Below are positions 1 through 13,381 of a stretch of 64,000 nucleotides of DNA, one piece after another. The notes under the pieces are model-generated. The model was not told where the DNA came from. It did not search any database and saw only the letters and a list, made by a program, of their open reading frames with translations. Origin of the DNA: Phoronis australis (lineage: Eukaryota; Animalia; Phoronida); assembly GCA_002633005.1 (NCBI GenBank), contig NMRA01001022.1, positions 1-64,000 of the forward strand, read 5' to 3'. The number at the start of each line of letters is the position of its first letter. Within the stretch, counting starts at the first letter, position 1. A program made the position numbers and the translations under genes.

Positions 1-739
1 GCGAAACTCCCCCCACGAGGCCTAAAAATCCCCCCAGTGATTGAAAATTTCTCTTCGAAGTTCAAATGACCTAACCACACAGGTGACAACTTGAAAGAGC
101 ACAAAATCATACTTGAGACAGCCAATGAGAACTTGCAACAGAGCAGGGGTGCTATTGATGGTGATCGGGAGGTAGATTTTTCCCCTCACTCGGCGAAAAA
201 AATCCCCTCTCAGATGGCATAGGCACCTATCCCCTCGGATAACGAGGCCCCTGAAGAAACATGATAACTATGCTTGCTCTGTCCAGTTAACTGAAATTGA
301 GCTCTCAAACGAGATTATGCTTTGGACGAACGAATTAGGTGTTTTAATTTTAAAATTCAACTTCGTCCAGATTGATATTTGAAACCTAACACATGAAATA
401 AACATAAGAATTAGCAAAACCAAGAAAGCAGAATTGATGGTCAAAACAATTTTATTTTTATTTACCAGCCTAGTTATCTATTTTAATAAAAATATATTTA
501 GTAACATCAATTATTCTTTCAGATCAATGACAAATCAACTATAAGTCCCGGTAGTCCCTGCCTCACCTGGACCTAGGCTATGCTTGATCAACAAATAAAA
601 CCAGATGTGACTAATTGCACATCACAGCAAAATGTGATGAGCCACCACTGTAGAATATATCTTCAACTCGTCAACAATACGAGCAGATGACCTGGTTCGT
701 GCAGAAAGCATTATCATCAATTTACAAGAGGAAACGTAA

Positions 740-974
740 AAAATAATTGCAGGCGGTCTGGTACACGTTTTACCAGACGTGGGCAGGCCGCACATATGGG
801 CCCATTGCACTGATCACCTGGAAATATTTGTGTGCTTTATTAATATATAGTCAAAACCGATCTGAGGAGCTAGAAACCTGACTCAAGGGTCTAGCATTGT
901 GGCTCACTGGGACTCGAACCCACGACCTCGAGTAAAGAAGGCGGGCACCATCACACTAGGCCACACTGCCTCCT
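740..974 (-). mobile_element. tRNA-derived SINE, family copy A
   Basis: Minus strand starts AGGAGGCAGTGTGGCCTAGTGTG (box A-like) and contains GGTTCGAGTCCC (box B). It aligns along its length with 5416-5871 and 58878-59109. A short TTACGTTT direct repeat lies near both ends. Confidence 0.85.
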
Positions 975-2249
975 TTAAAAAAAACGTAACGCTGCATTCA
1001 CCATAATAACACCTAATCCGTAACATTACGATCGCCGCAATTTAGTCATATTTACTTTTTACGATGCGAACCTAGTTTTCCGAAAGAATAGTATACCTTT
1101 CCGCCAGAGAACTCTTTGGTGTATTGAGTTGTTCTCTAATGTATTTTTCTACGTTTCTGTAGTTCATTATCGACACATTTTTAAAATTTAATATCCAGGT
1201 TAGACTCGAAAGACCGGCCATTTAACTCACACAGTGTCAACTTCCGCTTTGTTTAGGTGGCACTGAATAGTTAGGCTGCGGCCGCGGCCAATTTGCACTG
1301 CCAAAATATTAAAATTTTGGAGTAGGCCAAGTTTGGGGGCATTTTGTAGGTGGACATTGCATGTTTGCTCAGTGAATGTGGTTTATTTGTATTTGTGAAC
1401 ATGCTGAAAATGAAAAAAGTCCACTTTCTCGGCTGTAGCTGCACTCTTCTTCAAGATGGTGGACCCCTGTTGCAATTGTGCATTGCTGTGTAGCAACTGA
1501 GAAATTGGCCGCGATTTCAGGTAGCCCTCAAACAAGCCAGATTTTCAAAAAACCTAGTTGGTTGACAGTACTTTTGTACCATATTTTTGGAATTGGTAGG
1601 AAATTTGCTTTCGCAATCTAATGTTGGCTTTAGTGGAGCATCGGCAGGGAAGTGGTGATTTTAGGGTGAAAAGTGCCGATTTTGCATTTTTTGCCCTTAT
1701 TTTTCTTAGTTCAACTTGGTTTCCACTGGGAGTGAAAAGGTCAAAAATACAAGAGTACAAAGTTTCTGTGCTCATCTGTAGGGCTTGTGATGTGAAATGA
1801 CTCAAAACTTTTCTTTATTTCCATGCAGTTTTTGAAGAGTCCATTGACGTGTGTTCTGATAGTCAAATCCCTATGAGAACTGTTCAGTGCCTCCTTATCG
1901 CAGTGAGCCTCGCTTTGAATTTTAATGTCCGCCGCGTGAGTTAGGTCTATGGCGTCATATTGACAACGCGAGCTGCATTTACCTGAGTGGCGCGCGCCTG
2001 GTCTATGTGATGTCTATGATTCCAACAGTGCATTCGTACCTATTCCTCTGCTCTGGGTTGAAGGTCAAGGTTTGTTTTATTATGATACAGTTTCGGGGAA
2101 ACTTCAATTTATTATGGCAACTTTTTTGGAAAGGTGAGGTTCCGAGGTAACTAGTATGAGTGCCTTTGTGGCCATTTCAGAATCCCTAGATGAAACACTG
2201 CCGGTAGTCCAATTTGTTGTGGTTGCTGGGGGAAATGATATAGAGTGTG

Positions 2250-3360
2250 TCCCAAAAATATACTCACTTCGCGACGTATTTGAAAGTATGTTATCTTTCT
2301 ACAAGAAAATAATTGTTGCAAGTAAAGAGGACTTTTTGAACCAACCTTTGTGGTTTAATAGTAACTTGGCGATCGGAGGCACAGGTGTTTTTTATAAGCC
2401 TTGGTTTGTAAAATGCTTAAGATTTATTAGAGATATGTATACCTCTGATGGTGATTTTGTTAGTCTAAACAATATGAAAAATAGGTTCGACGTGAAAACC
2501 AACTTTGTAGAATATAATGGTGTTGTTTCTGTTCTAAGAAGGTTTCAAAAAAGTCTATTTCAAAGTAATTTTAAAAGTGTTAATGTCTACTCTCCTTGCA
2601 TGCCTTTAGCAATTACTCACTTACGGAAAGATTTGAAGGGTTGTAGACATATTTGTTCAGTCTTTAATAACGTTAAGAAACCTAAGTCAGAGTGTAAATG
2701 GGAAATAGAGCTAGGAGATAGTTTAGATTGGAAGAAAATATATGCTTTACCTTACAAAATTACAAAGGATCCCCATATTAGATGGTTCCAATTTAGAATA
2801 CTACATAGAATTATTGCAACAAATACCTTTTTAGTCAAAAATATGTGTTAGGGATTCTGATCTATGTTCCTTTTGTAATAAAGCTCCAGAGACGCTGTCA
2901 CACCTTTTTTGGGAATGTAGCTTTGTACAAGATTTCTGGAAGGAATTCGGAAAGCTACTTCAAAGGTGTGGCATTCAGCTTCCCAACTGTCTGTCTTACG
3001 ATATTGTTATTCTTGGACTTTACAAGACGCACGATTTTCTATTTAACATTTTGCGTCTACTAGCTAAACAGTACATTTACAAAGAGAGATGTCACAAAAA
3101 TATACCTAATTTTCTCAAGTTCGTTACAAAAACTTATGAATACTATAATGCTGAAAAATTAAATGCACATAAAAACTTTGTACATGACAGCTTCTCTGCA
3201 AAATGGGAAAAATTTATGGTTCACGTTAACTTCATGTAGATATTTACTTTAAACGAGATATGAGAATGGTCTTCCTGAGGTGTGCATGCGTGAATGAATG
3301 GTGTAATTATTTGTTTGTTTGTTTTTGTAATTGTTTGTAAAGGATAATAAATACATAAAA
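2250..3360 (+). mobile_element. 3' fragment of L1/Tx1-type LINE (post-RT region and zf-RVT-like Cys motif), 5'-truncated and frameshifted
   Basis: Motifs QPLWFNSNL, WFQFRILHRIIATN, CSFC-x8-HLFWEC, LLAKQYIY and KW; AATAAA-like 3' end near 3346; homologous to 19852-20960. 5' boundary approximate. Confidence 0.85.
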
Positions 3361-3483
3361 AATACACACTTCAACATATGGAGTTCAAATTCAGTTCCCG
3401 TGGGTATCTGATATTCTACGCAGACGTAATGCATGGTTACAGCCTAATTTAATATGAGTGTGCCCGTCATGACGTGCTCCGTG

Positions 3484-3748
3484 CATGCGCGCACCCCTTG
3501 AAGGGGGGGGGGGGGTGGCTCGGGGGACCCGAACGAGCCTTTCCCCATTTGGTAAAGTGGGCAAAAAGGTCCGCCTCAAAGAAACAAAACGTCCGAGAAA
3601 AAGGAGACAAAAGTCTACTAAGGCAGGAATTCGGCGTATGCACAATTCATAGCTCTGGACAAGTCCCGTATTCTGTTTTTTTCTTTAGTAAAAGGTGTAC
3701 ATCCTAAAAAATTCGAGCTTCCGTGTATTTAGGCTGGAAGCGCGCATG
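3484..3748 (+). mobile_element. MITE with CATGCGC(GC) terminal inverted repeats
   Basis: Ends CATGCGCGCACCC ... GGAAGCGCGCATG; CCGTG on both flanks (3479-3483, 3749-3753); second copy at 5482-5723. Confidence 0.7.
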
Positions 3749-5415
3749 CCGTGTGTGTAGTATGCACGGGAAATGCAAGCAAACGATTCAGTTTCGAAGA
3801 ACAAAAATTCATCGCGCAATACTACTGGAAACTAAAAACATCAAGGAAGTGCAAAGAGAACCTTTCCAATTTGATGATCAATGACTTTATTTGTTTAAGT
3901 ACGTTCGATCTGCGGTTTGTAAACTTAAACCCAGTAATCTAGTTCCTAAGCCTTGAAACAATTTACTGTCAGTCGAAGTGTGAGAACATTTTGGGACACT
4001 TTGTAGAGCTGTCCGAAATTCATCAATTTCCTTGAGACTTATTTCAGATAGACAAAAATCATTTAGTGTACTTTTATATTTGGGGATCTGATGATAGATC
4101 GAAATTTCCCAATGTCGGCTTGCAACTAAGCTCATTGAAGCATTGCCATTTCTTACAAGATTAGCTTCTAGTTGTAAAAAAGCATCTCTTAATCAGTCCA
4201 TTTTCATAGATACATAAACATGTAAATCAGAAAACTAGACAGTGTCTGATTTAAATGTATAGAGAGACAAAGGGACATTTCTCAGTCTGAAATAGGACAC
4301 CTTAATTATGAAAGGCTAAACATCATTAAGCTTGAAAAAGAGTGACAGATCATTCCACCGTCGTGTGGTCACAAGACTTTGCAGGAAGTGACCTTCCTCA
4401 ACATGAAAGTCGGTTGCACGATTTCCCAATAACAGGAAACTAGACATAATCGAGTTCAACTTTGGGCCCTCTCTAAGTGAGTGGACCCTTAAGAATTTGT
4501 CAATAAAAACATGAAAGGTGGCCACTTGAATGTCATCAAAGGCCTTCTTCAAGAGTGGAGCCCCTCAGTATGAAAATATCTATATTTTGAAAAATCAAGA
4601 AATGTGCAGCAATTGATGATATCTGTCAGATCATCAATTTTTCTCAAGTGACATACAATGTGGCTTTTCGACAATCTTTACATTACTAGAGGGCGCGCGT
4701 GTACTAGTGGTGATAGATTAAGCAGCCTCGATTTCCTGAGCCCTTTAAATACTTGGTGAAATGGCTTGCAGCCGAGCCAACTGAATCTGAGGCCGGGTGT
4801 TTAAAATCTATCTCGCAATTCAATAGCAGGTTACCTACTCATTTCATGTCTAATGTAAGCCGCACAAAATCTCTAGACCATCTTAGCCAAGTACATTGCA
4901 GTCTATGAAAATACAACCAACTAACCCGAGTGCCCAACTTCTTTGCAAACATGGAACAGGAACACCAGAGGGGTGTTAAGGTTGCTTTTATTCTTTAATG
5001 TTAAATTTTTGTAAGCGGACAAATGATTTTTAAATTTCCGTCTTAAGTCCTAACATTTCCAAACTTAAGCCTTTCAAACAAACGTTTATGACAAAAACAA
5101 AATTCTTCAACCGATTTTGTAAAGTCCAATACCACCTCTACGGTACATAACGAACCAATCCTACTCCTAATGTAACAAAAGCGTCCCGTGCGTAAAGGAT
5201 ACTAAGTATTGTCCTTCTGAAATATGTGAAATGTCAAATCAGATTAAGCGGTTTGGAAGTCCAGTTTTACTTTTTACGAACTTCAGTTGCACTGCACGCA
5301 ATCTTTTATGAATTTATCGTAGTTGGCTACAGACTGACCCATTTTTATAAAACTCGCAACGCTGAAAAACTTCTACACAAATTAAACCCTGTAGCCTACA
5401 TGTATGCAGCTCCTG

Positions 5416-5871
5416 CAGGAGGCGGTGTGGCCTAGTGTGATAGGTGCCTGCTTTCATTATTCGAGGTTGTGCGTTCGAATCCCATTTGGCGAAGTGGGCA
5501 AAAAGGTCCGCCTCAGAGAAACAAAAACTCGCAGAAAACGAGACAAAAGTCCACAAAAACGGCAAGAATTCGGCACAATTCATAACTCTGAACGTATTAC
5601 CTCTTTTTTATTTTGTAGTCCCCGTTTTTTTTTCTTTTTAATCCCCGATTTTGCGTTTCAGTAAAAGATCCACACTCTAAAAAAATTGGAGCCGCCCTAC
5701 ATTTCAGCCTGGGTGCGCGCATGCGTGAGTCATGTTTCAAGCTCCACAGTTCGGGTTTAATTATATATTAATAAATCATAAAAATGTTTCCAAGTGATCA
5801 GTGCAATGGGCCCACATTCACTGCCCGCGCACGTCTGGTACAGCGTGTATTAGACCGCCTGCAATTACTTT
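5416..5871 (+). mobile_element. tRNA-derived SINE, copy B, interrupted by a MITE
   Basis: Box A/B head at 5417-5483; body resumes near 5724; exact 13-bp target-site duplication TATGCAGCTCCTG at 5403-5415 and 5872-5884. Confidence 0.88.
5482..5723 (+). mobile_element. Second copy of the CATGCGCGC MITE, left end lost
   Basis: Aligns with 3545-3748 (CCATTTGG..AAGTGGGCAAAAAGGTCCGCCTCA) and ends GGGTGCGCGCATG. Confidence 0.75.
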
Positions 5872-7249
5872 TATGCAGCTCCTGATTTAAACAAGGGTCT
5901 CGTTTTTGGTTCGGTATAAATAACGCCACAAACCTGAAAGTCCAACGAAACACTTCTACCTTACAAATGTGACAATCCCTAGTCTCAGAAAGTTTGAGCA
6001 CCTGGCAAAAGATGCTAATGATGAAATTTACTTCACCTACACAATTTGAAATAGCCGGTAAAATGAAGCCCATTCGAGTAAGCACCATGTGGGTCCATGT
6101 ACCAACCCCAATACGGTAAAACCCAACAAGCTCAAGTGTAGGCCTATGTGAACCATAAATCACAAATTGTCCGATAACTATGCAGCTATTGTACAAGCAG
6201 ACGACATAATCACAGAAGTTTAAAGCTTGTAATTAATTACCAGTAGCATTGCCAAAAGTATTCACGATACCAACAGTTCTATTATTGGGAAACTTTGAAC
6301 AGCGTTTCAATGCCGAATTTATTACTTTTTTCGTTGTACTGGACAGTAAATTAGATGGGAGAATTTCCCGTCAAAATACATAACTGGAAACTGCACCAGA
6401 TAGTATAGGAGAGTGGCGCCTCCTCTTGGATAGCACGGAAGAAAATGTCGGAGTTGCGAATCTGTTGTCTGTAATCTACATGTAAGTTACATGAAGGAAA
6501 GCCACGTGCCAAAACTGGACTTTTTACAGGTGCTTCTATAGGCCATTGAAACTCAATCCCAATGAAATGAAAACCAAAAGCATCTGGTATAAGTACATGT
6601 CCTTTCTCACCGAGTGACTTTTCCTATCAGAAGAAAGACTTTATACTAATGGTACAAACTTTTCAACTTGGTACGCATTATGCGGAAATGACATTCAGGG
6701 ACTGCATCGATTGTCTTATTGTCAGTAAAAAGCCTGTTAATGTTATACTTTGATGATCGAATAAATTTTTCACCAACAGGCAAGTTTGTCACTAATTATT
6801 CAAACCACAATATTTCTTCAACAATACAGTGCAGTTGTGCCGCCTCTCTACAAAGCTGAAGTGATTACCGATTACGCTTGCGTATTGTCATTTTCCTGTT
6901 GACCTATAGAAATGTCCGGCGATCAAAACAAAGTATTCCCTTTGCTTGCATTTGATTTGTTTATGTGTGAAACTATTTTTACAGCTTTCTTAAGAAGGCC
7001 TTTGAATAGTTTTAAGTTTTGTGTTAACAAAAGTAAGTTCCACATACAAGCGAAGTATGTTTTCAATCGTAGCTAACTCGATAAGAGTCTGCTATGCACA
7101 AGATTTTAGAATAAACAATAATCATTGTATTTAAAAACAAAATGGCAAACGGAATAACCACACATTTACAACCAAACAACATTATTTGTTAAAAACAATA
7201 GTAATTTTCCCAATGTAAAAGAGTCCGTAATCAGTGATATCAAGGGCTG

Positions 7250-8184
7250 ACTTTCTGAACTGAGAGGTTCAATTCCGTCAGTTTATTGCTGAAGGACTGC
7301 TTTTCACTTTGTCGAAAGGTAGAATAGACGGTAAAGCGGCTGGTTTCAGTCGTGTTCTCTCACCTGTAACAGAGAAATATCAGCAAATTATAAAAGAAAA
7401 CAAGACAAAACTACTTTTTTAAGGCAGAACATACTTGACATTCCATCTTCATGTTTACATGTATAAACCAAAAACTTATTTAAGATCTGAATTAAAATAT
7501 AACAGGCTAAAAGTAATTTAAGAATTCGTATTTTTCATAACACCTAAAATGTGTTTCTGATCTCAACAAATAAAGTTCATTCACGGATGCAATGTTAAGA
7601 ATTTACTAAATAGCTCATCCACGTTAATTTGGTAAGTAATCTGTTAGTTCTGGGGGTGGGGTTCGCTATAAAATAAGGAAACTCACTCATCTAGAGAATT
7701 TTATTGGACATAACATAGTTTTGCAAAGTAACTGCTGACTTCTGAGCGGCACGTCCCATGCACCTCTTATATTGGGACCACTCCTACCCAGGCTACCATC
7801 CGGGTCCCGGGTGAGTTTCTGAAGAGAAACACTTATTTCCACTTAATAAACCCGTTATTCAGTGGAGTAACAGGTGGAGATAACATTACTGAGCGATGTC
7901 GATAGAAACTTAATTGCTAAAAACTTACCAAGTAACGTGATTATGTAGCCTCTCAATGGAAATGCATAGAGCACACACACTGGGCGTGAGGCTTAGGCAT
8001 CCACACACTTTTTGTCACTTGGTGGACCCTTTTGACCACAATTTTCCACGCCTGTAGTAACCTTAGGTCTTTTGGGAATTTGTGACCACCTGTCGAAGAC
8101 TTGCACCCGGGAAGATAGCAATAATAAGGCTTAGCGCGACAACGTATTTTGATAACAATTCGTCTTTTTACCAGCTGTTTCCAT
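7250..8184 (-). pseudogene. THAP zinc-finger N-terminus of a transposase, two exons (8184-7929 and 7363 to about 7250), with stop and frameshifts
   Basis: Manual translation gives YCYLPGCKSSTGGHKFPKD..QAWKIVVKR..WMPKPHAQCVCSMHF, a GTAAG donor at 7928, an AG acceptor at 7364, then GERTRLKPAALPSI (the THAP AVPTIF box). Confidence 0.85.
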
Positions 8185-8774
8185 GCAGACAGCGACGCAT
8201 GCGCAATTCAATCCCCACTAGTACAGCAGCGACACCGCGTCGAATAGCCCCATTCGAGAAAAAAGCGACAGTTGTCTCCGTTATCCCTTGCCAGAGAGGG
8301 GCGTCTGGAAAAATGTGGTTTTGCAGTCGCAAAATTGAATTTAAAAATCCAGTGAATTAATACGCTCCGCAAAAGCTTCGTTTTACAATTTTTCGTTTTT
8401 TCGAAATATATGCATGAATCATTACGTGCACGTTTTCAAGTGCGTTTAGACACTCTGTGCTGCGAGACCGGAGACCGCAATAACAATGTGCTGGCCAGAG
8501 CCCTCAAAAAGGTGAACCATGCACTGATACAGAGTTGTTTTAATTTTTTCTCCTATCTGCATGTAGCAGTTTTTCTTTTCTCGACTGTCCCCGCCCCACG
8601 CGTACATGTCAGTTGCCACGGTTTAACGCTGACGCTTACGGCCCTGATACTGGATAGGCAAAATATGCAGTGTACAAGATAACACAATATGATAAGGTAC
8701 AGTTGGCCTAAATCTTAGAAAAACAAAACTGGCCACAACAACAACAAAAGCAGAAACAACAACAAAATTGTTAC

Positions 8775-8994
8775 CTATTGGCTTGTAAATATAAGCCGTT
8801 CCTATAAGAGGATATGGTTTGGGTCCTGGGATTTCATCGAACGGTTTTGCACTCATGAGGTCTTCAGGTCGTCCACCACGCAAAGGACATGGTCCCCCAG
8901 CGAAACTTTGCGATGCACGTGACCACACGTGTACATCTAGTATCTCCTTCCTGGCAGCACACTTTACCCCACTTCTGATAGCCTGGCTCAACAT
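8775..8994 (-). CDS. Cytochrome P450, mitochondrial-clan type, first coding exon
   Basis: MLSQAIRSGVKCAARK (basic presequence-like, no signal anchor) followed by KPFDEIPGPKPYPLIGT, typical of mitochondrial CYPs. GTAAC donor at 8774. No downstream exon found in the window. Confidence 0.85.
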
Positions 8995-9922
8995 CTGTCA
9001 TGTATAGTACACTGTAACAGCGACACCAGTGAGCACACTATCAATTGATTGTTCAAGAGGATAAAGCCACATGGACGGGGAAAATCGCTGTGTGATAGAC
9101 TCTCTTCACCCTTAAAAACAAAAATGTGTATCTTTAAAACTCTTCCGGGTTCGAATTTGAGTAAGAAAACCACCCACCTGACCCACAGGACTTGAACTTA
9201 GTGTGCGTCTTTGAAATATCCCTGCATATGAAGACCGGCATCAACAGGGAATAACCTATACACGTAATATCAGCTTGAAGCGAACATATTGAATAGTATG
9301 ACTGTTACATAAAAAATTAAGTTTTGAATCTGGGCCATTATCTGAGGTCCAGACTGAATCTCCTCTTCTTATACAGTAGAACTCTCCAAATTGGTAGTGC
9401 TTCAGAGGGAACTTTAGAAAGGTTAGCATTAATTCCGCAGTAACGCCTCCAAATAACTCTGACTTTGATGAAATATCTCAGTCTCACTGGATCCAACTTA
9501 GCGAGTTCTACTGTAATTCAATGACATATCAACTAACACGATACAACAACCACTGAATCTCAACCCCAAAGCCCCAGTATGCAATAGCTTTAGATGTCTA
9601 TGACATGGTATGAAAACACAAAAAGTATGCACATGTGTAGGAAGTGGGAAATCTGGAGGGGCTGCTTGTACCACTCACTTAAATGTTCTCAAGAAAATGT
9701 TTGAAATCTGTGCAAGTGATTATTCTGTCGTACAATTTGGATGAAAATGTCGCACAAAAGGACTGACGACCCAAGCAGGTACCTTTTCACCCACACTTTA
9801 GAAAGTCTTCCTATACCGATCCACTGCATAGGACAGCAACAGTTTAATGCAAATCAAATATACCTAAAAAGTTATGTCACAATATTTATAGTCATTGTAT
9901 TGAAGAAACATTGAAATATTTG

Positions 9923-10061
9923 CAGGGGCAGATCCAGGATTTTGAGTTAGGAGGGCCAGGGCACAGTATTAGCCAGGATTTTGCCCATCAGACATTCGCA
10001 CCCCCGAACTGTCAAATGGAGAATTTTAGGGGGCCGTGGCTCCCCTCTAAATCCGCCACTG
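9923..10061 (+). mobile_element. Short MITE, CAGGGGCAGATC...ATCCGCCACTG family
   Basis: Imperfect terminal inverted repeats; same end motif as 14446-14604 and 53651. Confidence 0.65.
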
Positions 10062-10201
10062 GTTTCAATATAAGAACATGCATGTAGTATATCACCGGGT
10101 TTATCTATACACACGGGACAGTCAAATGCCACACACAAAAGCTTTTCACAATTTCCAGTACTGGTACTGTAAACCCTCTGGCATTGCCATCTGTACCACC
10201 C

Positions 10202-11152
10202 TCAAAAATTTAATCTAAAACATTGGTAGTGACTGTCGAATATGTGACGGAAAGAAATTCTAGTGCTGTCCATTGACAAAGCAGCCAGTCTCAATTTATC
10301 TAGATAACGTTTCATCATCTGTGCCACGGCATTCTTGAACACATCTGGAGCACCAACAGTCGGCATTGGAGGGGCATCAATTTGTAAGCGAATTTCAAGA
10401 TCACCATCTTCTCTGTTCCGCACTAAGTGCAAGGTGTTCTCTCATACTTCATGTACATACTCTGAAAAGCACAACAGCAGCATTTCAAAAGTAAAAATAC
10501 AACATTTTGATTCCAGAGTAGTCCATGATTAAATCAAAAGATGACGATATATAACTGCAAGTTTTCGCCTACTTTTATAACCTTCAAGCAAATGCCAAAA
10601 CAAGATTTTAATCCTGTTTTTTGAAGCAGATTACTTTAATAATCAAAACCTTGGAATTGAGTAACCATCGTGTTTTACTTTATTCACAGTCTGCATTCTT
10701 TTCAAAATACATTCATCTTTTGAGATCAGCTTTCTTTGCTGTGGCTTTTAGTTTTACTGATCCATTAATTACTAAATCTTTCACGGAAAAACAATAGATA
10801 TTTAAACACTTGAGAACTATGGTGATTGTGAAAAAAGATCGTTATTGTCCAGGCACTGCGAAAGCGTCATGAATTCTTAGACATTAAAATTATCAAGGTA
10901 ACTTATCTTTTTACAAGACCAGCTTCAACCTTCATGATGTGTTCGACGTCGAAGCAGCCGTCCTCAAAATGGTCGTAGCATATTTCGGCTCCGACAGATG
11001 GCTGACTCGACAGTCATTTTCCAAAGACGAGAAGTGCGCACGAAAACGTGCCGTTACGCGCCCAGATGCTTATCTTTTTAGAATTTAAATGGGCTCACGT
11101 TTTCCACCTGGGTAGTGTTAGGACAGTTAGCGCACACACACCAATGCACCTT
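10202..11152 (-). pseudogene. Second THAP-domain transposase remnant, internally deleted; superfamily uncertain, possibly Kolobok-like
   Basis: 11152-10907 translates as VHWCVCANCPNTT..VSPFKF*KD...FVRTSRLW../QPSVGAEICYDHFEDGCF. An AVP motif follows near 10855, and an AG-preceded exon lies at about 10461-10290. CACTTTAA near 11303-11310 may be an element end. Confidence 0.7.
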
Positions 11153-12475
11153 TGCTAAAACATGCCAAGAGTGAACAGTCTTTGTTCATCTTGTACTGTG
11201 ATATAATGGCGGTACACTACATTGTGGGACTTGATCCGGTTTGTGATCCCCAACACCATATCAGCGTGTCAAAGGTCAAATTTTCGCGGATTTTTCTATT
11301 TTCACTTTAAAGTAACTAAAGATACAACTATACGATAATTTGAATAAAATACATCCAAATAGCAAGACCTTGAAGATATTATTGCAATTTAACATACTTG
11401 GACCTTGCAAATTACCACTTAAACTGTGGTATGGTTACAAAAAATGACAAGCATTGCCAAAAATCCTCCCACGCAGCCCGGCTAATATACAGCAAATTCA
11501 CAGAAAATGACCTTATGCGCGTTGCTTGTTGACCCGACGTCATTTGCCGATAGCAGATGTCATTCACAAATTCATATCAAAATTTTATGAAAATTGAGCG
11601 GAATTTTATGTTGTCCATGTGGTGGTCAAAGCTCAATCGCCATTCAAAGCCCACTGAGGCCAGGGAAGTGCCGTACTTTGAAGAGGTTTAAGGGATTTCA
11701 GTTACCGATAGCGCCTATAGCTGGCAGTATAATCAACATTATAAGCACATATTTTTTTGAAATCCATAGAGAAAAAGTGTTGACCAAAAAGGGTTGAAGA
11801 ATGACTAATATTCAATTGAGTGTGTATTTGAATTCCACATACTATCATCAGTGGGTCGAGCGAATTCAAAGTTTTTGGTTAAATCACTGATAATTTTCAC
11901 ACCAGCATACTTATAAATGTTTATCTTATATGTACCATTTTGATTATTATACACGGCGTAGGGCGTTCAGCTGTAAATTAACGCTTAAGCCTATGGGATT
12001 CGAAGACATACACTTTAAAAGTAAGGAAACCAATGCAACTATATACGGAATAATCAAGTTTAGGAGTAATCAAACACTTGACTTATTTTTACGAAACATT
12101 TCGGAGTATAAAAAAGGTTTTGTAGGTGGTTTCGAATTGAAAGGAGTCATCACAAGTTAAGTGTATGAGAATTTTCTGTTGCATTGGGAAAAACTAGTCG
12201 ACTCGACTGGTAGTGCTAGATAAGGCGACGGTTAATAAGGATCGCTTTGACTTGCTTACGAGCGGTGACCCTTCATATTGGCCAGATATGTTCAGAGATT
12301 TGTTTCGTCTTTCCTTTTTAATTGAATATCTTTGAACTTGTGGTAATTTTGGGCTACTAAAATCTTCCTTGAGCTTGAGACGCGCGGAGTGTGTGTAGCG
12401 CTGACCTAGTTTATGCAGAGAACCTGGCGGATGACCTAGTTTACGTATTGCTGGTAATGGTCTGATGTAGTGGCA

Positions 12476-12640
12476 AAATGGCTATTTACAAAAATAACTC
12501 AAATTCCTTTTTTAAAGCTTCATACATCTAAATATCATGTTTCAACAACTTCAAATGAGCTCTCTATAACTCTACTGGAGAAGGGTATACTAGAGGTTCT
12601 CATCAAAAAGTAATTCAATTGTTTATTTTTTCGTGACAAC
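12476..12640 (+). repeat. Dispersed repeat, copy 1 (likely a non-autonomous DNA transposon segment)
   Basis: AAATGGCTATTTACAAAAATAAC...ATCTAAATATCAT...GTATACTAGA is shared with 17482-17640. Confidence 0.7.
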
Positions 12641-13207
12641 AGCTAGAACAAGTCTTTGAGTACAGTAATCCAGTGCCCCTCCCTGTGCCGATTGAATCTC
12701 TCAATTTTGGAAAAAAGTTCAGTTGAACATCTGCTTACGGGTATATGAATGATAAAAAGAACCTTTTCTACAAAACAAAACGATGTATAGGTGGAAATAA
12801 CTGAAAAATAGTAAAAATATAAAAACAATTTCCAGGGACTGTCGCTAGACTATAGTGCTGAGATCCAGCTGGCGCCCAAAAATTACGGGATATTCTTTTC
12901 GAGCGGCATGACGGTTGTCAGAATTACACACGCCATATCAACACCGTATCACCATTCTTATCACGCAATTTCTTGGTGAGTTATAGACTAAAATAAGTTT
13001 TACAAGACAACGTATTGTTTGTCGAGTAAAATGGCGGCTTGAAAACGCAGACGAAGCTGTTTCAAGAATGCTGCGTTCTGACTGGTCAGCTTAGCCCATC
13101 AGTCGTAATCCTGGCTATAGGTCAATTGTGCAAGAACAAGCTGTCCAGCAACAGTCGTGTACGTTAGGTTAACATTGATTGGTTTAAATTTGGAACGTTC
13201 TTAAGGT

Positions 13208-13381
13208 AATTTACGAGCATAATTTACGGCGACATTTCCCCCATTTAATTTACGAGCTTAATTTTACGGCGAAACTTTTGAATTCCCCATTCAATTTACG
13301 AGCGTACTTGTACGGCGACAATCCTGCAATCTAATTTACGCTCGTAATTAATTACAAGTGTAATTTTACGGCGACACTTTC
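13208..13381 (+). repeat. Minisatellite with 31-49 bp imperfect units
   Basis: Four to five copies of AATTTACGAGC...TACGGCGACA. Confidence 0.85.

Larger units (their letters stand above)
4660..8251 (-). mobile_element. ISL2EU-like (Harbinger-related) DNA transposon, copy 1, decayed
   Basis: Left end GTGGCTTTTCG...ACTAGAGGGCG..GTACTAGTGGTGAT and right end CCACTAGTAC...CGAATAGCCCC match the ends of 48198-50559. AT on both flanks. Carries a THAP pseudogene. Confidence 0.7.

Noticed and set aside
3887-4552. Minus-strand ORFs as CYP exon 2
   Set aside because: No P450-like motifs (for example KYG or DP..D) recognised; identity unknown.
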